A stretch of DNA of 63,149 bases, counting the filler, from Rhabdomonas costata (lineage: Eukaryota): assembly GCA_019059605.1 (NCBI GenBank). It is 37 parts of 37 records of this genome, joined end to end, with 100 filler letters (N's around TTAATTAATTAA, not from the genome) between each part and the next. Parts side by side here need not be neighbours in the genome. Positions count along the whole stretch, not along the records: positions 1 to 1,609 come from JAHMHO010012038.1; positions 1,710 to 3,320 come from JAHMHO010012039.1; positions 3,421 to 5,031 come from JAHMHO010012040.1; positions 5,132 to 6,749 come from JAHMHO010012041.1; positions 6,850 to 8,459 come from JAHMHO010012042.1; positions 8,560 to 10,170 come from JAHMHO010012043.1; 31 more parts are not named here. One strand, given 5' to 3'. The stretch's first letter is position 1. Every line of letters starts with the position of its first letter. The translations under genes were made by a program, and so were the position numbers. Positions 1 to 10,170 of this stretch are shown piece by piece. Under the pieces are notes generated by a model that saw only the letters and a program-made list of their open reading frames with translations, was not told where the DNA came from and made no database searches.

Positions 1-971
1 GGGGTTTTGTTCAGGAAAAATGTTCGGTGTTCTTTCACTCATTCGGTCCTTCCGATTCCTTTTCAGGTTCCCTATGCCATCCCAGGATCCCAGGATGTGA
101 ACGGGCGGGCATGCCTACCGTCAGGCAGGGAGCGTGCGTTTAGCTCAGGTGGACTTGAAGCCTCGAAGGCTACGTATCCTCCATTGATGGGTTCGCCATT
201 TTGGAAGAAAAAACGCAGTTCCAAAGAACGGATGCGCACCCCTCATCCGTGGGTTCGAAACCTCATGCAGAAAGGTTGGCGAAGCTGCTGTAGTTAACGT
301 CTCTGTCTCAGTCCCAGAAGCTATCCGTCTGCCATGCCCCGCTGACGCCCGGAACTTCAGTATCGGTGCTTTTTTTGTCTCCTTTCAGGCTCCGTGCCCA
401 AGCAGAGCGGCATGAATCCAGAGGGGCTGCCTGATCTTGGTGCTGGAGAAGGTGTGCCTGACGCATCTCTTGCAAAGAACACTTGAAAAAGGTTGATGAC
501 CCAGTCCTTCACGGACTAGGGCCTTTGCTGTGGATTCGTGCGCAAGTGAGCAGAAAAGGGTCACATTCACTTTTTGTGGGCATACCACACTCTCTCGTGC
601 TGGTGACATGGAGCGATGAGCGCTTCTCGGACGATGTGCAAAAAGGCCGTTAAGCATTTTCCACCTTTCTTCCCCTGTCGCCTATTTCGGCGGCGCTGCA
701 AACTGCCGAAGCCAACTGGATCACTGGTCGACCCTATCACCGTTTCTGTCCCCAAACGCTGATCCCTCCCCATACTAAATTGCTGAGCCCTTTACACATC
801 CCAATCCTCCCGAGCAGAGTATCAAGGACATTAAAAACCAAGGGCGCCTTCGAGAGCAAAGGCGGATGTCGCCCCTTGGTCCGCATGCATGTCATTTGCT
901 TCGGCGTGTACTGACGTCACTCGTCGGGAGTTCCTCCGTCAGCCATCCGTCATCCGGAAGCTTTCGTTGCG

Positions 972-1609
972 TTGGCTTTGGCCCAATTGTTTACTCGAAC
1001 TGCGGTGTGGGTCTGCACAGGCCCCCATCCTGCGGAAGCATGGGAGAGCAGGGAGCGCGCCACGGACGTGGACGAGCGTGAGCATGACGGCCTCGCGGAG
1101 TATGCCTGGGATGCCTCCCAGGCGGACGCCAACAAGGCCAACCCCGATGAACCTCCTGAGAACGCGGCCAACAATGATGACGAGGCTGAAGCTGAGCAGG
1201 ACCAGCCAAAGCAGGCCGAGGACCGGGAGCCCGCTCGCCCGGTGGGGCCGCCTCTCCATGGCGGCGGCTCCTTCGGCGGTGCCCACAAAGGGAGGCCTGG
1301 ACTTCACCACACGGGGGAGGTGTTGGGCAAGTTGAACCCTCCCCAGCACCAGGGTTTCCGAGAGAAGAGGGTGGCCGGTGATCTACCTGACCGTCCTGTT
1401 GGTGGCCATCGCATGGAGCCAAGGCACGGCCGGGCCGTGGGCGTATTGGGGTGGCCCGATCGCCACGAGCGCAGGGGGAACGAGGACCAGCACCAGGACT
1501 TCCGGAGGCAGCTGGACGATAACCCTGACACCGACACTGATACAGAGGATACCACGCAGCCCGAGCCAGGGGTCCTGGCTCGCGCTCGCGGGGAGGAGAT
1601 GGAGGACCG
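972..1609 (+). CDS. Acidic low-complexity ORF or exon of unknown function, truncated by the contig end
   Basis: GC-rich open frame of >200 codons rich in D/E/A/P (DEREHDGLAEYAWDASQADANKANPDEPPENAANNDDEAEAEQ). No recognisable domain. Confidence 0.3.
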
Positions 1610-1709
1610 NNNNNNNNNNNNNNNNNNNNNNNNNNNNNNNNNNNNNNNNNNNNTTAATTAATTAANNNNNNNNNNNNNNNNNNNNNNNNNNNNNNNNNNN
1701 NNNNNNNNN
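1610..1709. other. Artificial contig spacer (N-run + TTAATTAATTAA + N-run); first of 36 such spacers
   Basis: The same ~100-nt structure recurs about every 1.71 kb (3321, 5032, 6750, 8460, 10171 ... 61442). TTAATTAATTAA gives stops in all six frames. Contigs are all ~1.6 kb, consistent with size sorting. Confidence 0.99.
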
Positions 1710-3799
1710 TGTGTTGGGTGTCTTGGGTGTTCTCCTGCTCTTTTACAGCCATGTTCCCTGCTGTGTTGCATCTGTGATGGCTACTTCCAATGACTCTTGG
1801 TGTGTTTCGTGATCTTCCTTATGGCCAGTCATTTGGAGTTATGCCATTTATATTTATTGCTTCAGTCAAAACTTCTCTCGGGGACAAGCACTCATTCGGA
1901 TCAACAAAAAAGTGCAAACGAACTTTTTGAGAACATCATGCATAAGATTCGGTACACACCGAGAGAAAAAGGAATGACCGCGTAGTGGCACAGTTGGCAA
2001 AAGGAAAAGGAAGGCATCGAAGACCGCACCCGGACTGAGGTCGGCGCGGAGGAAGGTTGAGGAGACGCTGAGAGTGAGGGCCACCGGTCCACGTCAACAA
2101 CCACTGCTGCAGCTGCTGCAGGGACGGCGGTGGCTTGGCCAGTGGGTGAGGAGACCGTCAGCGTACCCGCAGTGATAGGCTCAGACGTGCATACGCCTCG
2201 CAAAGGAGCCACCAAGCTGGGGGAACGCACCGAGGGAAGAGCGGGATGGGCCTCCGCTTCAGCGACGTGGGAGGGGGTATGGGTGTGAGGAGGATTGGAC
2301 GCAGTGATGGCCAGGGCGCAGCCGCAGTGCGGGCAGCTAAACGGGGAAGGCGATGCACAGGATGGGCTCTGAGAGGTGAACAACGGTGATGGGTTGCAAA
2401 AGGATGCGGTACCATAAGGAATGAAAAAACAACATAAATACCGGCAGTTATCCTTACGTTCACAACAACGGTCACTTTTCGGTGTAAAGTGTGGGAGGTG
2501 ACCTAGAACTTAACTTAGAAACGACTGCATGCATGCCTACTGGAGTGCACCAGGTTGTAGATATTGGAAATACCCCCAAGCAGCACGAGCACTGCGGTTC
2601 CGTCAAGCTCAGCAAGTAGCAAAGTGGAGAATCGATTCAGCTAACACAAAGGGGTACAGCTGAAAACTGGGAATCTTCATTCACAGGCAAAGTAGCGTCG
2701 CTGATCTGGTCCTCCCACTGGTCACCAGATCCTTTTATTCAACGTGGATGGGGGTCCGGACCATTTCTCGCACAACCTCATCCCACGCGCAGAAACATGC
2801 AAACATGTGCACAATAAACACAAATGACATGCCGGATCGGAGGCCTTGGTGGGGCCTACCGGGGCAAGCCTCTCGATGTGCCGGATGAGCTCCTGCTGCT
2901 GCAGCACCAGAGGGAGAATCGTGGCTTGTTGTTGGTAGACGTGGTCCAGGATTTGCCGCAGCAGCTCAGCCAGAACCCGGGACTCCCCAGCGGTGACGGA
3001 AAACAAAGGAGCCTCCATCTTTTCGCGCTCACTCTATTATGCTTCCCTGCTGTCTACGTAGAGGGAATGGAAGGAATCCGGTTCGGGTTGGGGGTGAAAT
3101 GGGCTTAGGCAACGATTAGCAACGACACAAACACGCGGAAATATGTCTAAGAAGATGAAACCTCTGGAGACCACAAAAGGGGGATGTAAATCATCACAGA
3201 TCGCCCCACACATTTTCATTTTTTCAGCTTGCTCCTTATTAAACATATGCAGCACTCGATTTCGGACTGCTTCAAAAAAAGAAAATGTGTGGGGCGATCT
3301 GTGATGATTTACACCCCCCANNNNNNNNNNNNNNNNNNNNNNNNNNNNNNNNNNNNNNNNNNNNTTAATTAATTAANNNNNNNNNNNNNNNNNNNNNNNN
3401 NNNNNNNNNNNNNNNNNNNNGGGTGGGGGGGCAGCCCAGAAAAAAGGGCGAAAAGGGACCGCCAAAAAAAGCGAGCTGAGGCAAAATGCGACCGCTACTG
3501 TTGTTACATTCTAACTACTAATTGGGCCAAGATAGATGCGCTATCGCTCGCCTTCGCAGCCCTCGAGCACCGTTCGTCCGCCAGGCCATCGCGGCCATCA
3601 TCCTGCCATTGTGTTCGGTGCCATGCCTGCTCTAAAATTCACTCTCCTAGGTAAGAAACGTACAAACTCAAACTCCTTGGCAAAGTATGTTTCAGATTGT
3701 GAAGGTTGTACATGCGCACAACCAATGAGGCCCTTTCAGGTTGCAGGTTCCGTTATCCAGCTACGATCGTGCCCGTCGTCCTTTTCCTCACACCAAAAC

Positions 3800-4480
3800 C
3801 TGGTGAATTTAATCAGGTGAGTGCCTTTCCAAATAAGTTCCAGCCGTCGTTTGTGAGGATGGTGAAATAGCACATGATCCCAAACCAACACTTCAACCTG
3901 CTCTGCAATTTTGAGCTCGTCCTGCTCCTTGCCCTTCATAGAACCTCCCAACATTCGGCGCTCGGTGTCGCAGTTCTGAAAGCGCTGACGAGTTAGTTCC
4001 CTAAACAAATGGAAAAACTGACCAAAAAAAAGAACGAAACGACTAATCCCACGCTGCAAACAAGCACAAGTTTAGGGGGGCACACAGGGTTTGGGAAGCC
4101 CAGCAGACCACTTCCGTGTACGAAGGGCTCGGGCAGAAAACTGAGAAAGAGCAGGGTTCACATACAGCCTGGATTGCATGTTCTTCTGGGTCTTTGTCTG
4201 GGCATTCTGACCAAGTACATAGGCCAACGTGAAGACGACCACCAACAGAATCCCTCTAGAAGTTGCAACAGAAAAATCGCAAGTATAAAACGAAGCCAAG
4301 GGCATGGGTTGTTGGTCCAACTTGGGTCTTCTGGTATGAAAGCCCAACAGTTGATGAAATGGATGAAAAAAGGGGATGCCGAATTCTTCTTCAGAAGAGT
4401 AGTACTGGTTGTAGCACCAGCAGCGCTTATGCTGCTGATGTCGTGCCCTACTTGACCACTTTTTGTTAGACTGCCCTATT
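3800..4480 (-). pseudogene. Possible decayed Ty3/gypsy integrase C-terminal region
   Basis: WCYNQY...PFHQLLGFHTRRP resembles the AYN...SPF.L..G..PR.P motif. VWDHVLFHHPHKRRLELIWKGTHLIK resembles the GPY/F module (VGD.VL...KL..KW.GPY). The two pieces lie in different frames. Confidence 0.35.
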
Positions 4481-5304
4481 TCGGCAGCTGCGCCCGATAA
4501 CCCCCTCCCCCCTAATTGCGTTGCATTTATGCTTAACAGAAATGCTTCATTTACGCTAAGCACAAAATTAACGCGAGTGCACAAAGAAAAATGAACAATT
4601 AGTCGACTGCGTGCAAAAAAGCCAATTATTGCCAAGATGTGACAATAAAACGGTGGGAAAAACCAACAGGATGAAAGATTCTACCCGGAAACTTGTGGGA
4701 AGGCGGTCCAGCACTGCAAGGATTTGCTCTAACGGAATGTCGTCAACTAAATCTGACCACTTTCTCACTTAATCATGACGGAAACCTGTTTGTTTCAAAA
4801 AAGTGTTTTTGGCTTCAAGTGATTTCAAAATAAAACCTTTTCACTTAAAACAAAAAAATTAGCTTAAATAGTAGGAATGATGCCTAACCATTCGTTGCAT
4901 TTTATGGAACACATAATGCCAAAGTTTGATTAATAGCCTCATCCGTATTGGTAAATCTTCCAGTTCAATTCCAGTTCAATACATACCCAACAATTTTCAA
5001 GGTCTGCTCTGTTCCTTCTCCACCCAAAAACNNNNNNNNNNNNNNNNNNNNNNNNNNNNNNNNNNNNNNNNNNNNTTAATTAATTAANNNNNNNNNNNNN
5101 NNNNNNNNNNNNNNNNNNNNNNNNNNNNNNNTTTTGGGGTTGTGTGTATGTGTCACTCTCCCTCCCCCCTCCTCCTCCTTTCCTCCCTCCTTCCTTCTCG
5201 CTTTTGGCTGCGGGATCATTCCTTGCGCTCCTTACTTTTTCTGCAGTGCCGCGTGTACTCGCCTTGCCGCCGCTTCGGTGGCAAACACTCTTCCGTTCAG
5301 GGCA

Positions 5305-5330
5305 GTGTGTGTGTGTGTGTGTGTGTGTGG

Positions 5331-5360
<30 letters not shown>
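5305..5360. repeat. (GT)n microsatellite
   Basis: About 28 GT units with one interruption. Confidence 0.97.
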
Positions 5361-5364
<4 letters not shown>

Positions 5365-5454
5365 AAGACCGGTGCTTGTGGGACGGCCGACTAACTTCAC
5401 CAAACAGAGACGCAAAACTTCCAATTCACATTTCAGCCAGGGTTGCACCGACCT

Positions 5455-5660
5455 CAAAGTTCATTGTAGGGGTGCTCAATGTTCAATTCAATTCAATTCA
5501 AGGTCAACAGTTCAAAGTTCAGTTCGAAGTTCAATGTCATGACCGAGCAAAAAACGTCGAAAATTCAAGGTGATCCTTGAAAACTGGGCCAAATTTCAGC
5601 GCAGTTCAAAGTTCAAAGTGACCAGTTCAACGTTATATGTAAGGCAGTTCAAAGTTCAAG
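5455..5660. repeat. Degenerate GTTCAA/TTCAA short-unit repeat region
   Basis: Many copies of gttcaa, ttcaa and gttcaaa (e.g. gttcaattcaattcaattcaaggtcaacagttcaaagttcagttcgaagttcaat). Confidence 0.75.
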
Positions 5661-5993
5661 GCAACCCTTTTCAGGCCTCAGTCATCCGCTAAGGATTCCG
5701 AAACCGAAAGGAGAGACGTTTGGTACCTTTCCCAGTCTTTCCGTCTGCTGCTACGCTCTGCCCGGCCAAATGTCTGCCACACTCCCTCCTTTCCTCCTTG
5801 CACAGTCGAAGTGGTATCTCTTTGCCATAGTGCCCATCCTCCCTACTTCCCCTAATGACTTCGATTCCACCCCTGAGACTTTGCACTTTCTCCTGTGTGT
5901 GTGTGTGTGGCAGGTTGCGACCGACAATCGCCAACCAAGAGTCCACAGGCTTTGGCAGCTGCGACTGAGTGTTTGCGGCTGAGCTCTACCCGG

Positions 5994-6040
5994 CCCTCGG
6001 CGAAATCGAGACCCTCGGCGAAATCGAGGCGAAATCGAGG
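5994..6040. repeat. Short tandem repeat: CCCTCGGCGAAATCGAG twice plus a partial third copy
   Basis: Read directly from the sequence. Confidence 0.85.
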
Positions 6041-6440
6041 TCTTTTCACCGAGGTGGGTCGACACCGCTTTGGGGGACCACGTGGGGGAGCGGATCGAGT
6101 GGTCCAAGCGGGGAAGTCGCAAGAGCCACGTAATTGGTCCAAGCCCACCGTGCCGTCTGACAAGATCCCAATTTCAAGCTGATGATGACTAAAGTGGTTT
6201 TCGCTGGGAATGATGTGTAATAAAAAAACACATTTTTTTTGGCACGCACTCGGAGAATCCAAATTTTCGTCTCCAACCTTTGCACCTACGTATATTGCAT
6301 TGTTTTTCGCCGGAACAATTGGCACCCCGTTTGTGGGGGCATGCCCTGCTGGAGTTACTCCTGATGTTCCCCCCCCTCTCTTTCCCACCAGCATCTATTC
6401 GTTTTGTTGACACGTGTCACTGCCTCTTTTGGGCTCGCCG

Positions 6441-6570
6441 ATGACGGAACCCAACACCGTCTTGCAGCACATCCTCGCTGCTGTGGAGCAGATTAAGGCA
6501 GTCCCTCCAGCAGAGTCACGTCGAGCTTCAGACGCAGTTCTCTGCCTCCAAGCTCGACCTTGAGGCGAAG
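6441..6570 (+). pseudogene. Frameshifted copy of a repeated coiled-coil ORF N-terminus (homologue at 59833-59977)
   Basis: MTEPNTVLQHILAAVEQIK, then a frameshift, then QSLQQSHVELQTQFSASKLDLEAK. This aligns with MTDPTALLQQLLSAVQQIQASQQSLEQSHLALQSQVAESKTDLEAK. Confidence 0.7.
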
Positions 6571-7097
6571 CCTCCCACTCTTCCCGACACCAAATCATCC
6601 GCCGCCCTGGAGCTTCTTCTTGCTCCGATCAGGACCGCCTGTACGCGAAGGTCCTGCAGTTCGCTCAGTCCCTCGTCACTCCCGACGTCGATGGCAGCCT
6701 TCTGCAGTCCGCCTATACCGAGCTTTTGGGCAGGATTGCTGACTCTGCANNNNNNNNNNNNNNNNNNNNNNNNNNNNNNNNNNNNNNNNNNNNTTAATTA
6801 ATTAANNNNNNNNNNNNNNNNNNNNNNNNNNNNNNNNNNNNNNNNNNNNAAGTCATCCCGGAAAAAGCAACATGTCGGAATTTGACGTCTACACACACAA
6901 CTCAATTTTTCGGCGCCTGCCTTTACTCACGAAGAATTCACAGAGCGCGTTTGGAGCTTGGAGAACGTGAAGCTCAAGCAATCCGCAATGGCAAGAAAGC
7001 CTCTCGGGGTGGGCAAGTGGGCAGGAAAGTGCTCGGGAAAAGCAATTTCAACGCCTCCCTCAAGACCCCTCCCCCAGGGGCACGGGGGGGGGGGCAA

Positions 7098-7968
7098 TTA
7101 TTTGTACCGCTCGAACTGCGCGGCCTTCTCGCGCTGCTCCGAGTTGGGGTTGACGACCGGGCGGCACTGCTTCACCAGGGCCATGGCCTGTGCCAGGTTG
7201 AGGTTCTCCCAGGCCATCAGATAGCAGACGGTGACCAGCCAGCTGCGGCCCTTGCCGGCCTTACAGTGCACGTACACCACCTTATCCGCGGAGATCACGG
7301 AGTGCATCCGCGCCGAGACCTCGGCCAGGCGCTCAATGCTGACCTGCGATGCGTATGACGATAGGGAGATAGGGAGATAGGGAGGGAAGGAAGGAACAGA
7401 CGCTTTGATAGGGATATGGAGCCCCACCAGAAACGTCCCACAACCAGATGGGATGGGAGGGGCTTACGCTGTCTTCCGATGGGAACTTGTGCCAGAAGTC
7501 GAGTTAGGGTCTGCTGCAGTCGCAGCGAGACGAAGAGCGGTGATTGCATCATCATATTTTGTGACGGTACATTTCGACCCGGCACGTGTATTTAGTACTT
7601 CCGCATATGCAAGCTGACGCAAGCTCACACGCAGTATTGTGGAGATACTGAAATTGATCAACTCCGGTCAAGGGGGAATTTCAAGCGTCCTGTCAAGCAC
7701 GACTGGGATGTCGCTCCAGCGCGTCCGCTATCGCCTAGTGGACGACAAAGTGAGACAACTGTTTGCACGGTTTGACCCGGAGCTTTGCGCTCTTTTGAGG
7801 TCTTTGGCCCTGCAAAAGGACGGGCGCACGGACCTTCGCGCTGAAGTCCGGCATGCTGACGACCTCGAACTCGGTGACCCCGAGCTGTTCCCTCCAGTCC
7901 TGCTGCTGCGCGAACTGAAGCAGGGTCACCCCGAAGCCCTCAAACTCGTCCGGTTGCACACAAGAGAC
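7098..7968 (-). CDS. Dual-specificity / PTPMT1-like phosphatase, last two exons
   Basis: Exons 7968-7834 (VSCVQPDE...MPDFSAK) and 7343-7098 (to TAA) are joined by a phase-0 GT-AG intron. Catalytic loop VYVHCKAGKGRS, upstream general-acid PDF, and C-terminal ALVKQCRPVVNPNSEQ. Confidence 0.88.
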
Positions 7969-8559
7969 CTGTGGAGGGTGCGGAGGGTGCGGTGGGTTCA
8001 TGTTCGACGCAAGCGGGGAGAGGGAGGGGGGGTTCCTCTGTCAGGTAACCACAAAATGAAAACGCTAAGGCTAAAAGTGTCGGGGCTGACTCATCTCCAG
8101 GTAGCGCCATTTCGAGTATCCCTCGTACGCTTCTTAAACTGAAGGCTCTGATTGGATGGAGGGGAGTGGTTGCAGCAAAGAGATGTCAAATCCATAAATC
8201 CATGAGGAAGAAAGAAGGGAAGAAGGTAACACCAACAATTCGGAGCAGGCACAGCAATACAAATCGAAGGAAAAGATGAAAAAGGGATGGATGCGCGATG
8301 ATGCCCATTTCGGAGGCTCTCTTGAACCGGGATCCTGCTCTTCATTTAACTTCCCTGCATTCCCCTTTTTGTCCTTCGTTGCAATGACGCACAAACACAG
8401 TTATGCAAACAAAATCGTCCCGCAAGGCTCAAATTGTGGCGACGTCACCCCCACCCCCCNNNNNNNNNNNNNNNNNNNNNNNNNNNNNNNNNNNNNNNNN
8501 NNNTTAATTAATTAANNNNNNNNNNNNNNNNNNNNNNNNNNNNNNNNNNNNNNNNNNNN

Positions 8560-9073
8560 TTTTGTGGGGGGTGTTTTGTGTAGTATTGGATTTTCTACAA
8601 ATCCATGGAATAATGCAATTTCATCATCATTAACACATATAAAGAAGGTAAATGGTGGAGGAAATATTAATGTAATAGGAGAAAGTACAAATACATATAT
8701 TGGTGTTATTCCATATTCACAAAAAACAATATTAAAAGTTCCAGTTGTTCCATCTGGTAATGATAAATTATTATATTTGATTTATTTTGATTTATTAGCT
8801 GGAGCATCCGACAATTTTGGATGTACAAATATTCTTATAAATAACGTACCAATTGAACGTTTTAGAATAACATACAATAATCCGTTTAAAATACATTATA
8901 AAAAACGTTATTCAATATATTTTGCAGCAAAAATACCAAAAGAACTTATACCTCAAGATGCTAAATTCCTAGATGTAACAGTAGATACATCAAATCAATC
9001 AGCCGGTTTTATATACAATGATAATCGTAATGGAATAGCATTTACAGACATAGGAACACATGATTTTATTTAA
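8560..9073 (+). CDS. Hypothetical protein, 5'-truncated, giant-virus-like
   Basis: Intronless ~170-codon ORF with A/T-ending codons, rich in I/N/K, on a contig far more AT-rich than the others. It ends at TAA and is followed by a hairpin. Confidence 0.75.
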
Positions 9074-9109
9074 TTTAAAAATAATCTTACATGAAAATTA
9101 TTTTTAAAT
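9073..9109 (+). terminator. AT-rich stem-loop directly after a stop codon (candidate Mimiviridae-type 3'-end/polyadenylation hairpin)
   Basis: ATTTAAAAATAAT (9073-9085) is the exact reverse complement of ATTATTTTTAAAT (9097-9109): 13-bp stem, 11-nt loop. Confidence 0.6.
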
Positions 9110-9159
9110 ATAATTAATTATTTTATAAAATCAAATCTTCTTAATAAAATATATACTGT

Positions 9160-10170
9160 ATGGAACAAAATACAATTATATTGATTAGTTTAATTATAAT
9201 AGTTATTTATCTTTTATATACACAAAATAATAAGTCTGTAAATGATGAAAAATTCAAAACAAAAGCAGCAGCAAAAGCTGCACCAAAAACAACACCAAAA
9301 ACAGCAACAAAAGCAACACCAAAAGTAGCAACAAAAAATACAAAACAAATAAATTCAACATCACAGGAATCAACAAAATCTCCATCAAAATCTCCATCAA
9401 CAAAAGCAAAACAAGAAACAACAAAATCTCCATCATCAGCTGCGAAAACAGGAACAACCAAAAATAAATCAGGATCAACACAAGTTGATAGAAGAAGATC
9501 AGGTGTTAGTCAAATTATGGGTACATCTAGTAAAATAGCAACATCAACTGAAGAAGAATATTTCCCAGTTGAAGAAGAACATATTTCTTCTATTCTTCAA
9601 GAAGAAGAAGAACATTTATTTGGTTCAAGAATACTACCACAAATTATAAAATCTGCAGAAAAAGAACATGTATTTGATACAAAATCTATACCAGTTGAAG
9701 AAGAACATGTATTTGATGCAAAATCTTTACCAGAAAAAGAAAAAAATATATGTAAATTTAGAATCATCGAAAATTAAAAATATGCAAAATAATATCATTA
9801 ATAAATTAAAAAAAAACAGTTGATGATTCATTTAAAGATACAGAAGATATTCATAATGAATTATTAAAGACCAACATTAAAGATATACAAAAAATTATTC
9901 TTGGTTCAACAAAAGATGATAAAGATAATAAAAATATATGTATATTAAGTCGAGATAATAATGATGTATTAACTTTAAAAGGAAATACACTTGATTTACA
10001 TACAAATAATATGTGTCATAATGATAAGTGCTTTTCGGGTGATGAATTAAATAATAAATGGAATACTATACAAAATTATACTGTAAATAATCTAAATTGG
10101 ATTAAATTATTAAGTGATGTTAATATTACACCTAAAATTATAAATTATTTGAAAGATATGCAAAACCCCC
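9160..10170 (+). CDS. N-terminally membrane-anchored low-complexity protein, giant-virus-like, with two apparent +1 frameshifts; 3'-truncated
   Basis: MEQNTIILISLIIIVIYLLY (TM) then ...EKF, a K/T/A/S-rich tract and EEEH repeats including a 39-bp tandem unit. Coding-like sequence continues in the next frame (KIYVNLESSKIKNMQNNIINKLKK) and then in the third frame (TVDDSFKD...MCHNDKC...) to the contig end. Confidence 0.7.

Noticed and set aside
1654-1665. Regularly spaced TTAATTAATTAA as a CRISPR-like or regulatory repeat, and ORFs ending in X...LIN
   Set aside because: It is a synthetic six-frame-stop linker inside N spacers. ORFs running into it are artefacts.
3185-3313. 33-bp inverted repeat as a MITE or terminator
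   Set aside because: One arm is the contig terminus and ends in a C/A primer-like tail; fold-back artefact.
5080-5573. ORFs with HTHT or CVCV runs, also near 25033-25412
   Set aside because: They are translations of GT/CA microsatellites.
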